64,000 nt of DNA from a virus: IMG/VR virus record IMGVR_UViG_3300047476_000577, positions 32,001 through 96,000 of that record; one strand, written 5' to 3'. Of the stretch, positions 20,589 through 29,265 are shown in pieces. A model generated the notes under the pieces. The model saw nothing but the letters and a program-made list of their open reading frames with translations. It was not told where the DNA came from and ran no database searches. Positions within the stretch are counted from its first letter, which is position 1. Each line of letters starts with the position of its first letter. Both the position numbers and the translations under genes were made by a program.

Positions 20589-21669
20589 AGGCAATGTCAA
20601 TTACCAAGTGAGCGTACTTCTTAAAGAACTCTGGGAAGTTCTTGAGCTTCTTGTGCTGGAAAGGCAGCTCGTGAATCTTAAGAGCAGTGTGAGCACCCAT
20701 AATAACCATTTCTGGTTCAAAGTTATCCATCATATACTGGATAAAGTTCTCACACATTGGATGCCAATCATCGAGCTTCTTCTCTTTAGAGAGATTCTCA
20801 AACGCAGCCTTGAGTTCGTAGCACAGACTAGTAGTCAGTGAGTACATTGCAGACACTTCCTTAACCTTCAGGTCCTTGACCTTGCCTGCAAGGATCTCAG
20901 TAGGGTCTGGCAGTTTAGCGGCAATCTTGCGATGCGCCATAAACTTAATAGCAGTGCCTTCACCTACGCAACCTGCAACGATGTCGCTCATAGTACCTTC
21001 GCTGAGCTCGTCGGTTAGCATTTCGCTAACGAAACTCCAAGAGCGAGGAGTAGCGAAGCTACGGTCGTGAACTTTGGGGTCAAAGTTGTTGAGGTCGTTC
21101 TTAGCAAAAGTTAGGTAACCAACAACGTCCGGATGGACACCATTCTTAAGAGCCCAGTTGGACCAGTCAGCAAAGTCCACACGCAGTTCCAAGTGAATGA
21201 AACGGTTAGCCAGTGGGCTAGGCATACGGAAAGTAACGCCCTTGTCTGACATACGGTTACCTGCGGCAACGATGCCAACATTCTTAGGTAGCTTGTAAGT
21301 GCCAACACGGCGGTTAAGGATCAGCTGATAAGCCGCAGCCTGAACAGCAGGAGCCGCAGACACAAGCTCGTCCAAGAACAGGATAGCGTCACTGTCTTCG
21401 TCCTGCGGCAGTTCTGCAGGAGGAGCCCAGCTCATATTGTTGTCAGTGGAATTGTAGTACGGGATACCCTTAATGTCGGTGGGCTCCCAGAGGTTAAGAC
21501 GAACGTCAATAACCTTACGACCAGTTGCAGAGCCGATTTGAGCAATAAGGTCGCTCTTGCCAACGCCGGGGCCACCCCACAGCATAATAGGACGATCGCG
21601 TTTAAGTGCGTGACGGATAATGACGTCAGCTTCGGAAATTTTAACAGTACGGGTGTCAGTTGCAGACAT
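20587..21669 (-). CDS. MoxR-like AAA+ ATPase
   Basis: GGPGVGKS Walker A, LFLDE Walker B, AAGNR, LANRF, TPRSW. Confidence 0.92.
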   Translation of the reverse strand: MSATDTRTVKISEADVIIRHALKRDRPIMLWGGPGVGKSDLIAQIGSATGRKVIDVRLNLWEPTDIKGIPYYNSTDNNMSWAPPAELPQDEDSDAILFLDELVSAAPAVQAAAYQLILNRRVGTYKLPKNVGIVAAGNRMSDKGVTFRMPSPLANRFIHLELRVDFADWSNWALKNGVHPDVVGYLTFAKNDLNNFDPKVHDRSFATPRSWSFVSEMLTDELSEGTMSDIVAGCVGEGTAIKFMAHRKIAAKLPDPTEILAGKVKDLKVKEVSAMYSLTTSLCYELKAAFENLSKEKKLDDWHPMCENFIQYMMDNFEPEMVIMGAHTALKIHELPFQHKKLKNFPEFFKKYAHLVIDIA

Positions 21670-21701
21670 TTGGTGCTCCAGAAAAACTAAGTTAGAAAGT
21701 A

Positions 21702-21730
21702 ATTGTATGCGATTTTGAATTTTGTGTCAA
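21702..21730 (-). promoter_or_regulatory. Sigma70-type early promoter
   Basis: TTGACA-17-TACAAT. Confidence 0.75.
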
Positions 21731-21789
21731 ATTGCCTTGCAACTGACTGGAATTTGTGGCCCGGAGCAACCCGGGCCAGGTTGCTCAAA

Positions 21790-22026
21790 TTAAGCAGCTT
21801 CGGAAGCGTCAGCCTCAACAACTTGACCTTCAGGCACAACCTTGGACAGGAAGCCTTCGGCCTCAATTTCAGCCTTGGTCATTGCACGGGGAAGCTCGAC
21901 AAATAGAACGTCCTTGTGACCGTTCTTGACAAGCACCTTAACACGGGTGTTGTCGTTGGTATAACGAACCTTGAATTTGCCGTTGAGGGTTGAAGAACCG
22001 ACGAAAGTGAAAGTCTTGTTAGACAT
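21790..22026 (-). CDS. Hypothetical phage protein
   Basis: AGGAG RBS, own promoter, KVRY.ND..RVKVL.KNGH.D...ELP..MTK. Confidence 0.75.
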   Translation of the reverse strand: MSNKTFTFVGSSTLNGKFKVRYTNDNTRVKVLVKNGHKDVLFVELPRAMTKAEIEAEGFLSKVVPEGQVVEADASEAA

Positions 22027-22091
22027 AATGAAACTCCTATTTCAAAAAAAGTTAAGTTTTTGAACTTGGCAGAATTGCTAGCTCAATTCAA

Positions 22092-22120
22092 ATTATATGA
22101 CCAATCGAATTATTCGTCAA
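22092..22120 (-). promoter_or_regulatory. Sigma70-type early promoter
   Basis: TTGACG-17-TATAAT. Confidence 0.75.
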
Positions 22121-22262
22121 GTCCAGGCTTACCCAAACGCTTGCGGCTATAAACTTTTTTGCTTATTTCCTTCTTTTCGAAGAATCGTGTGTCAGCAAAC
22201 AGTTCAAAAGCACGGCGCTTAGGACGCTTAACTTGCAGTTGAATAACTTCTCGACGTTTCAT
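22110..22262 (-). CDS. 50-aa basic protein, ArfA-like candidate (not in ORF track)
   Basis: Hand translation MKRREVIQLQVKRPKRRAFELFADTRFFEKKEISKKVYSRKRLGKPGLDE; promoter directly upstream. Confidence 0.55.
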   Translation of the reverse strand: MKRREVIQLQVKRPKRRAFELFADTRFFEKKEISKKVYSRKRLGKPGLDE

Positions 22263-22271
22263 AATAGTTGT

Positions 22272-22300
22272 ATTGTAGCTTGGATTGATTTATTAGTCAA
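22272..22300 (-). promoter_or_regulatory. Sigma70-type early promoter
   Basis: TTGACT-17-TACAAT. Confidence 0.7.
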
Positions 22301-22348
22301 CCGTTTTTGCAACACTTCCAAAATTCCCTGCATCATCGCAGTACCGTT

Positions 22349-22377
22349 AGTATAGCAGAACGGTATTTTCCGGTCAA
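22349..22377 (-). promoter_or_regulatory. Sigma70-type early promoter
   Basis: TTGACC-17-TATACT. Confidence 0.7.
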
Positions 22378-22423
22378 ATCTTGAATAGGAGTACAACAAA
22401 GTGTTGTATTTTTGCAACACTAT

Positions 22424-22645
22424 TTAACTGTAACGCAGTGTCCACAGCAGTTTTTCATTCAAATCTGCAAATTTTATACGAATGCCTGCATACTGTGGTC
22501 TTGCATCTTTCGGGTCCCACTCTAGGGTGTACGGCCCCGGGCACTTGAGTTGAAAGTTATGAGTGATAGCGTCTAGCGTGATGTCGTCTAACGGCTCGTA
22601 CGCATAGTGTGACATTATTTCTGACAAGACTTTTCGGTACAGCAT
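22424..22645 (-). CDS. Small F-x-L-R-W-tail family protein
   Basis: Ends FADLNEKLLWTLRYS. Confidence 0.65.
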   Translation of the reverse strand: MLYRKVLSEIMSHYAYEPLDDITLDAITHNFQLKCPGPYTLEWDPKDARPQYAGIRIKFADLNEKLLWTLRYS

Positions 22646-22896
22646 TAGCTCCACCTCAATGCAAACATAGTAGCAACCTCTGGGTCTCTAAAGAAATAGA
22701 TAGTCCTGTGCCCCGGTGTTAGTAAATCGTCGTCAGGATAGCACCAAGCATCGTAGTCATCATCTGCGTTCGGGCAATGGTCTCTTAGCCAGCAAGGTAG
22801 GTATACGATTTTATCGTAAAACTCTATAGGAGAACGGATTATAACTGGATGCCAGCTTTCGACAGTCTCGTACAAATGTCCTTCGTATTCTTTCAT
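22645..22896 (-). CDS. Small F-x-L-R-W-tail family protein
   Basis: WL..HC; ends FRDPEVATMFALRWS. Confidence 0.7.
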   Translation of the reverse strand: MKEYEGHLYETVESWHPVIIRSPIEFYDKIVYLPCWLRDHCPNADDDYDAWCYPDDDLLTPGHRTIYFFRDPEVATMFALRWS

Positions 22897-23150
22897 ACCC
22901 ACCTTAATATAAACTTAAATGCTGCCTCGTCGTTGTCAAACCAAAACCTGCTGCCGGTCCACGCATAGTGGTCTTCTCCAATGTGTTCCCCGCACCACCT
23001 ATGTACTTCGGGCCATTTCTTGTGACCTTCCTCGCTTAACAGCGCACTGGGGTAACCTTTGCTATTAAAAGCGTGTCTCCAGTCATAGTCTTGCACTGGC
23101 TCAAACAGCAACTTTGCTTTGATACTAGCAACATACTCTTTTATAGTCAT
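22893..23150 (-). CDS. Small F-x-L-R-W-tail family protein
   Basis: WCGEHIG; ends FDNDEAAFKFILRWV. Confidence 0.7.
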   Translation of the reverse strand: MTIKEYVASIKAKLLFEPVQDYDWRHAFNSKGYPSALLSEEGHKKWPEVHRWCGEHIGEDHYAWTGSRFWFDNDEAAFKFILRWV

Positions 23151-23656
23151 AACCAACGCAAAGTAAAGTATGCTGCATCTTCCTGACGTTTGAACCAAAT
23201 TTGTCCGTCGGGCCAGCGACAATGGTACTCTACACCCGATTCATCTAACCAGTCTAGCATTAGCTGATGAAGCCCGCCTGATTCGTTAAACGATACTTTA
23301 TACTGCCAAGCACTATAGTTGACTATGGGGTCAACTACAAACTCGGTAGTTAACGTCATTTCGTCAAAGTAAGCCACGCTCCAATCGGGCAATTCTGCTT
23401 GCAAACGCTGGCTAATTTTACGACCCCAATGACTAAAATGCTCAACATTAAAAGCATTATATATGGTTTTATCGCCTATGTCATATGCGTTGGAGTGATT
23501 GTCGTAGTGATCTGTCCATTTTAGTAGCTCATTAAACAAGTCATCGGAAATAGGGATTCTACTAGTATCCATCATTGTATAATCGTAAGCCCATACACCC
23601 GTACTCATATAGTCTGCACAAAGTTTGATGCACTTATTAAGATTTAATTTGCCCAT
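23147..23656 (-). CDS. Two-domain F-x-L-R-W-tail family protein
   Basis: Extra N-terminal domain; ends FKRQEDAAYFTLRWL. Confidence 0.7.
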   Translation of the reverse strand: MGKLNLNKCIKLCADYMSTGVWAYDYTMMDTSRIPISDDLFNELLKWTDHYDNHSNAYDIGDKTIYNAFNVEHFSHWGRKISQRLQAELPDWSVAYFDEMTLTTEFVVDPIVNYSAWQYKVSFNESGGLHQLMLDWLDESGVEYHCRWPDGQIWFKRQEDAAYFTLRWL

Positions 23657-23702
23657 AATCTGCTTAGTTTGCTCGCGTATTTACATATGTTATCTGAAAT
23701 AG

Positions 23703-23710
23703 TATAAATA
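23703..23710 (+). promoter_or_regulatory. T4-type late promoter TATAAATA
   Basis: Exact match upstream of 23751. Confidence 0.65.
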
Positions 23711-23750
23711 CTGCAAGAGCATAAAAAGATTATGCTACAAGGAGAATAAT

Positions 23751-24047
23751 ATGGCATTTACACTAGTTTCTAAAACAGTCAAACCTGCAGAAGCAAAATG
23801 GTGGAACCAAGTCGATCCTGAAGCAGCAGCTCGTGTAGGTGAATTCGTAAAGGCATTCCCTGGCGTAGTTAGCGCAGATGCTAAGGAAATCGAACCAAAC
23901 GTATGGCAATCAGTCATTGTGTTTGAAAGCAAAGCAGTAGTAGAAGAATACAAAGTTGCTATGGCAGCTAATTCCGACAACGCACTACGCAAAGCATACA
24001 ACGCTACACACGGCATTGTAACTAAGTTCCAAGGTCAAGGCGAATAA
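23751..24047 (+). CDS. Small protein, paralog of 6578..6883
   Basis: AAGGAG RBS, late promoter, terminator; KP...WW, PGVVS, VIVF, RKAYN..HGI. Confidence 0.75.
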   Translation: MAFTLVSKTVKPAEAKWWNQVDPEAAARVGEFVKAFPGVVSADAKEIEPNVWQSVIVFESKAVVEEYKVAMAANSDNALRKAYNATHGIVTKFQGQGE

Positions 24048-24066
24048 TTTTTGCTCACTGTACAAT

Positions 24067-24093
24067 AAAAAGGACTCCCAGGAGTCCTTTTTT
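24067..24093. terminator. Bidirectional terminator between convergent genes
   Basis: AAAAAGGACTCC-CA-GGAGTCCTTTTT. Confidence 0.8.
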
Positions 24094-25210
24094 AATTCCT
24101 GAACGGATTGTCAGGATTGTACCACATATTAGGGTTAACTACTTCGACGGGCTTAAAGTCACTGTCTATGCCGTCTAGCAGCTTGCGCTGGCCAAATACA
24201 GTATACAAGCTAGCCCTTTTAATTTTGTTCTTGTAGTATTCATAGTCCTTGTCGAACTTGAATATATCGTCCTTGGCAGCTTGTTTGTAGTTTTTCCAGT
24301 CCGGAATGATACGCACTTCGGGATGATTAATGCTCCAAATTTGGAAGTCGTCCGAGTGGTAGAAATGGTGCATATAAGTATCGTTCCACTCTGTAGACAA
24401 GTTAGAGTAATACCTAGGAGCAATCAGTGCATACATTCTAAAGTAAACGCTTTGCCACTTAAAGCAGAAATTATACCACCAGAAGAAGTCCGAATTCTTC
24501 TCTATGCTAATTCCGTACTTTCTTGCAGATGCTTCTACGGCATCTACTAACAGTGTTGTCACAGCTTGATCTTTAATTTTACTATCAATGTAGTTGAACA
24601 CCGCAACCTTGCTGTAGTTATTGCTTAGGCTTTCTGCCCCTTTGTTAGCAATATACATCTTCATCAAATCACTACCGAACAGCTGGTCATTAAATTCACC
24701 ACTTACTAAAATCATCGATCCGTCGAATAGCCAAGGTGTGTGCTCTGCATTTACTAGTTCGAAGTTAGGAAGTATATAGTCTTTGTAGAAGTTAGGGTTT
24801 TCGTTTGCAGCTTCTGCACTTGTGATAATTTTAATTTTGTCTTTTAGCACAGACATAGGATAGTTACGCAAAAAGCTAACCATAATCATAGTACTGTCAA
24901 TACCACCGCTCCACATAACGCCTAGTGGTTTTCCTAGTGACTCGCTTAAATCGAATAACTCTTTCGCCCTAGCATCGCAGCAATCTGTATAGGTCATTGT
25001 AGTAGTACGCAATGCAGGCAGCTCACATTTACTGTAGATGCTTTGTGCAACAGGCTGCTTGAACAACTTCATACGGTCATTCATACCTACAGCGTGGCCG
25101 ATAAGTCCGTATACTTTGCTCCATTTTAGTACATCCTTTCTAAAAGAATGATGTACAAATGATAGTGGATTGAAATAATATAAATCGCTCATATAGAACT
25201 GTTCTGCCAA
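24092..25210 (-). CDS. PP-loop adenine nucleotide alpha-hydrolase (asparagine synthase/QueC-like); paralog of 8322..9398
   Basis: MWSGGIDST, VSGEFNDQLFGS, FFWWYNFCFKWQ, YKQAAK.I. Confidence 0.8.
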   Translation of the reverse strand: MAEQFYMSDLYYFNPLSFVHHSFRKDVLKWSKVYGLIGHAVGMNDRMKLFKQPVAQSIYSKCELPALRTTTMTYTDCCDARAKELFDLSESLGKPLGVMWSGGIDSTMIMVSFLRNYPMSVLKDKIKIITSAEAANENPNFYKDYILPNFELVNAEHTPWLFDGSMILVSGEFNDQLFGSDLMKMYIANKGAESLSNNYSKVAVFNYIDSKIKDQAVTTLLVDAVEASARKYGISIEKNSDFFWWYNFCFKWQSVYFRMYALIAPRYYSNLSTEWNDTYMHHFYHSDDFQIWSINHPEVRIIPDWKNYKQAAKDDIFKFDKDYEYYKNKIKRASLYTVFGQRKLLDGIDSDFKPVEVVNPNMWYNPDNPFRN

Positions 25211-25845
25211 AATTCGCGAGCCATTGCACGTCTAATAGACTCTACTTCTTCTTTTCTAGTTACGCCGTTGATGTAACCCTTCCATTTTTCGGCTAGAGCC
25301 TGGATGCGGAATTTAGTCATTAAGTCTGACTCTAAACGTAGCTTTAATTCTTTGTATGCTTGCTCAACTGGAACTTCTAAGATTCTGGCGTATTCTTCTA
25401 ACATCCAGGTATAGTTCCCTGTTGTAGGATCAGATTGTTGTATTTGTTCTAGTGCAACGTGATCAAACTCTGCCCACCTGTAGCGTGTTTGTCTAGCTAA
25501 AGCCTGTGCTTGAAATGCTTCCCATCGTCCGAATAGTTGTTGTCTGATATTAAGAATATCTCGCATCTGTTTCCAGGATTCGGTAACGTGCTCGTCCGGT
25601 AATAACTGCAACGCATTTCCGTTTGGCTGGTCTAGTGTATAGCAGCCTTGCTTAAAAATCTCAGGATTTAACTTCCCGAAATCAACTGTATTGAAAGGGG
25701 TTAGAACTTTGATAATTGCATCACCGTTGCCCATAACTAGTGCGTTAGCAGTTATGATGCTAGTAGTCATCGTGTAGATACTAGCGTTCTCTAAACTAGT
25801 AATTAAATATCGTTCCTGGATCATATAATAAACTCCGCTGTCCAT
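25189..25845 (-). CDS. Hypothetical partner of the PP-loop enzyme
   Basis: Paralog of 9395..10024 in the same position relative to the PP-loop gene. Confidence 0.6.
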   Translation of the reverse strand: MDSGVYYMIQERYLITSLENASIYTMTTSIITANALVMGNGDAIIKVLTPFNTVDFGKLNPEIFKQGCYTLDQPNGNALQLLPDEHVTESWKQMRDILNIRQQLFGRWEAFQAQALARQTRYRWAEFDHVALEQIQQSDPTTGNYTWMLEEYARILEVPVEQAYKELKLRLESDLMTKFRIQALAEKWKGYINGVTRKEEVESIRRAMAREFWQNSSI

Positions 25846-26741
25846 TCATAAAGCAGCTCTCTGCTTTTTTCCCAAACACATAAATGAGTTGCATTGGGCA
25901 ACACCTTAAAGTACGATGTACTGACAGGCAATAACTTATATAGTCTGTTAGTCACAAAGTAAGGATTCTCGATATCGTACTGAGATGTAGTAATCAGTAC
26001 TCGAGATTTTAACTCTGCAAACTTGAATGTCTTTAAGTGTTGAATGATGTTAGGGATTTTGCCCAACTTCCAATTGCCAGTAGCAGTGTCGAAACTTCTA
26101 TGATCTCTTGCAAGAGCTTCAAACGCTTGCTCTTTCCACAACGGTTCTCTGAAGTCTTTGCCGGCAGGTTGAGCCGCAGAAAATCGTTTGTCAATCGAAT
26201 CCATACCCACCATTGTATACGGCAACTTCTCGTCGACTTCGACGTAAAAGTTATAACCGCTTGGAGGATCGTCTTTTGCTTTAATCCATTTAGGGTTGAT
26301 GCTGATAATGTTGTCAACAAGTCCGGGATTGAGGACAGAGTACGTTATACACAGCGATCCTAAGTAGCTGAACCCTACTAGCGAAATCTTAGTGGTAGCG
26401 CCTAGTTTATTTTTAATGTAATTGATGGCTGATGTAATGTCCTGGTAGTAGTCCTCGATTGTTAAAGGACTTTTGACTAGTGATATATCTTCTACTAGTT
26501 GTTCTTCTACTGGACTACTTTGTCCGTAACCGCGAAGGTCTATTAGGAAAGCATCTACTCCGGCATCTGCCATATAATCGCCGTAGCTTTTGCTACCCAT
26601 TGCAATACCCATCGTAGACTCTACACACAGGCTTCTGCTATTAAACAATAAGATTGCATTACCCGTGTTAAACTTAGCAGGTATGTGCCGTATATAAAGG
26701 CTAGCAGTACCCGATTCTATAAAATTAATATTTTCTTGCAT
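25821..26741 (-). CDS. Alpha/beta hydrolase fold protein
   Basis: IDLRGYGQS, LVGFSYLG elbow, QYD, NATH. Confidence 0.8.
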   Translation of the reverse strand: MQENINFIESGTASLYIRHIPAKFNTGNAILLFNSRSLCVESTMGIAMGSKSYGDYMADAGVDAFLIDLRGYGQSSPVEEQLVEDISLVKSPLTIEDYYQDITSAINYIKNKLGATTKISLVGFSYLGSLCITYSVLNPGLVDNIISINPKWIKAKDDPPSGYNFYVEVDEKLPYTMVGMDSIDKRFSAAQPAGKDFREPLWKEQAFEALARDHRSFDTATGNWKLGKIPNIIQHLKTFKFAELKSRVLITTSQYDIENPYFVTNRLYKLLPVSTSYFKVLPNATHLCVWEKSRELLYEWTAEFII

Positions 26742-28197
26742 ATATAGTTGAGAACATATATCTAGAGTTGATGACTTGGATGTCAGAGAAGCCAGCAGAC
26801 TCTAGTGTTTCAAGGTACCATTTTAATGGTTTTGTAGTTAACACTCCTATTAGTGCTTTTTTCTTTTGCTGTATAACTTCTTCCGAAACTCCATTAGCAC
26901 GTTTGAAATCATAATACATTTCTTCCGTTTCCATACTATGATCCATTTTGTCTGAGATGATAACAAAGCCGCCAGTTTGTAAGTTGTCGTAGATGTCTTG
27001 TATATATTGTGCTCGTTCTTGAACAAAGTGCAGAGTCCAGTTAGCTAGTACAACGTTATATGACCCTTGCGGTAGCGTATTGCTTACGGTAACCAATTCA
27101 GGGTACTTGCTTCTGTCAACCATTGCTTGACTATTGTCTACGCCAACAACATCAGTGTATCCACGTTGAATAAATTTATCCATTGTGTTACCTAGAGCAG
27201 AGCCTACATCGATGACTTTAATGTCCTTTTTGCTTTTAAACACTTTACTAGTATAGTCGATGCAAAGGTCGATTACCCTGTTGTAATCGGGAATATGTGT
27301 TTCGGCTTCTTGTTGGAACCTATTAGCAACTGAACCATCGAACACCCAATGTTTATCGACTGGCATAACGTTAGGCATATCTTTCATACGCTCTTTTGCA
27401 GCGTTAATATTAGCCTTAACTAAGTCTCCTACTTGCCTTACGCCTGACTTCTCTGTTTTGTAGAATCTTAGCATATATCTGCTAGGTAATGGATATGTAG
27501 TAGGGCCCGGACGATTGACTAGTGTAGAGTACGAATCGTGTACTGTTTTATCTTCTAGCTGTTCTGGATAAATTAAACCTTCTTTGCTTTGGAAACCTAA
27601 CGACCCTAGGATAATTTTCATTGCATTAGGACTAGGTCTTGACCCAGCACCAGAGAACGCAGTGTTGGCATCTGAGCTGTTGATGTGCTGCTTCTTGATA
27701 ACGTCAATGATAGCAATGTCGGGAGATATCATTGGCCAAGGATAGATGCTGTCTGCAACAATAGAGTAGTCGCAAACCTTAGCTACCCGTTCAAGGAATC
27801 CGTAAGTGTCGAGGAAAGCATATATAACGCCAATCATAACTACAACGTCGTACTTTTTGCCCGCTGCAATCTCATTGTCCAGAAACTCTCTAATATCCCG
27901 TTCTACTATAGAAAACTTATCAGATGACCAATATTTTCCTAGCAACTCTCTACTAGTTGCAGCCATCTGCGGTTGCACTTCGACTCCGGTGTAGTGCTTA
28001 CAGCCTTGAGATAAGACCCACTGTCCAGTAGCGCCCAGGCAGCTACCTAAGTCTAAAACTGTCATTCCGTCTACTAGCCAATCTGGCGCCATTGCTTTAT
28101 GGCGTTTGTCTAGTGATTCTATGGTTACTCTACTGTAGCCTCGGTCTTTGCGTGTATCGTTCTCTACGAACTCTGGATATTGGCTAAAAAAGCTCAT
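26725..28197 (-). CDS. Double methyltransferase-fold protein (CmoB-like N-domain + CmoA-like C-domain)
   Basis: VLDLGSCLG and YDVVVMIGVIY; WVFDGSVA..F..HIPDY, NWTLHFV, ISDK, YYDFKRANGVSEE. Confidence 0.75.
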   Translation of the reverse strand: MSFFSQYPEFVENDTRKDRGYSRVTIESLDKRHKAMAPDWLVDGMTVLDLGSCLGATGQWVLSQGCKHYTGVEVQPQMAATSRELLGKYWSSDKFSIVERDIREFLDNEIAAGKKYDVVVMIGVIYAFLDTYGFLERVAKVCDYSIVADSIYPWPMISPDIAIIDVIKKQHINSSDANTAFSGAGSRPSPNAMKIILGSLGFQSKEGLIYPEQLEDKTVHDSYSTLVNRPGPTTYPLPSRYMLRFYKTEKSGVRQVGDLVKANINAAKERMKDMPNVMPVDKHWVFDGSVANRFQQEAETHIPDYNRVIDLCIDYTSKVFKSKKDIKVIDVGSALGNTMDKFIQRGYTDVVGVDNSQAMVDRSKYPELVTVSNTLPQGSYNVVLANWTLHFVQERAQYIQDIYDNLQTGGFVIISDKMDHSMETEEMYYDFKRANGVSEEVIQQKKKALIGVLTTKPLKWYLETLESAGFSDIQVINSRYMFSTIYARKY

Positions 28198-28234
28198 ATA
28201 TACGTCCTCTATTATGTACGTATTTATTGAGCAG

Positions 28235-28540
28235 TCAACTGAACTTCAATGCAAATTCAAATAGCAATTCATCGTCAGTGTCATCATTAAAGTCAACCCA
28301 TTGGTCAACAATGATATTAGATACTCCGTCTGTTCGTTTTGGTTCTGCAAAACTGCATACTCCGCCCATAGCCCAACCGCTGCCGTGTATCCATTCATTG
28401 CCACCCGGCTTCCAGTTTTTACTAATAGGGCCTATGTTTGTACTAAGCCAGACTAGTATAGGCGTGTCTGTATATTTGAGCTTTCTGGAATTATTGTTCC
28501 AAGGCTCCCATACATTTCTATTGTACCTAACTCTTTTCAT
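28235..28540 (-). CDS. Small F-x-L-R-W-tail family protein
   Basis: WLSTNIG; ends LFEFALKFS. Confidence 0.65.
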   Translation of the reverse strand: MKRVRYNRNVWEPWNNNSRKLKYTDTPILVWLSTNIGPISKNWKPGGNEWIHGSGWAMGGVCSFAEPKRTDGVSNIIVDQWVDFNDDTDDELLFEFALKFS

Positions 28541-28767
28541 AAGTCAAGTAAAAATTGTTCTTCTGTAGTCAAGTTAAGTATAAGATTTATCTTACCTTCT
28601 TGCAGCCATCTGTTGATGGTTAATGATATGTATTCGGCTTCGTCGCAGTCGTTAACCTTTACACCTATGCGTTTAAATGTCATACCGTCTGGTCCTTTGA
28701 CCCACGGGTTAACAACTGATATTAGTTTCTTTGGATCAGGTATTCGTACTATAGGTCGTATACTCAT
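28537..28767 (-). CDS. Hypothetical protein
   Basis: Coupled ORF inside the array. Confidence 0.55.
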   Translation of the reverse strand: MSIRPIVRIPDPKKLISVVNPWVKGPDGMTFKRIGVKVNDCDEAEYISLTINRWLQEGKINLILNLTTEEQFLLDL

Positions 28768-29036
28768 TTTCCTGCCCACCTTAATTTAAACATCACTGCA
28801 TCTTCTGCAAGCTCGAATGCAACACTGTGGTGTAAGTTAACGTGATTGCCAGTTAAGTTACTGTCCAGCCAAGTGTATATGTCAACTAGTTCAACAATGT
28901 TGGGCTCTTTTTTGTATTCTACTAAATGCCAGCCTTGGCTAACTAGTACCTTACTTAATACTTCTCGGTCGATTTCGTTTTTAATTTCTTCTGCAAGAAT
29001 TTCTGCAAAATCTTGCGACACTGAATCACCGTCCAT
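28764..29036 (-). CDS. F-x-L-R-W-tail protein with a gp23-like N-terminal helix
   Basis: AEILAEEIKNEIDREVL; ends EDAVMFKLRWAGK. Confidence 0.7.
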   Translation of the reverse strand: MDGDSVSQDFAEILAEEIKNEIDREVLSKVLVSQGWHLVEYKKEPNIVELVDIYTWLDSNLTGNHVNLHHSVAFELAEDAVMFKLRWAGK

Positions 29037-29037
29037 A

Positions 29038-29265
29038 TTAGCTCCACCTTAATAAAAATAGCAGCATATCAGATTCTTCTTTGAACTTGATCCAGCCACC
29101 GTGACTATCCCATCCGCTGTGCACGCCAGTATCCGGGTCTGTCCCAGGATGCCCAAATGTATCCCATAGCCAGCCGTATACACTAAGAAACTCTTTTCCT
29201 TGAGGACTATAATACCATTCCCACTTATAATCTCTGTCAGGCCTGTGCTTAAATTTTATGTCCAT
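29038..29265 (-). CDS. Small F-x-L-R-W-tail family protein
   Basis: WLWDTFG; ends SDMLLFLLRWS. Confidence 0.7.
   Translation of the reverse strand: MDIKFKHRPDRDYKWEWYYSPQGKEFLSVYGWLWDTFGHPGTDPDTGVHSGWDSHGGWIKFKEESDMLLFLLRWS

Noticed and set aside
24092-25210. Lasso peptide cluster
   Set aside because: No transglutaminase-like B protein, RRE or precursor with a lasso leader could be recognised.
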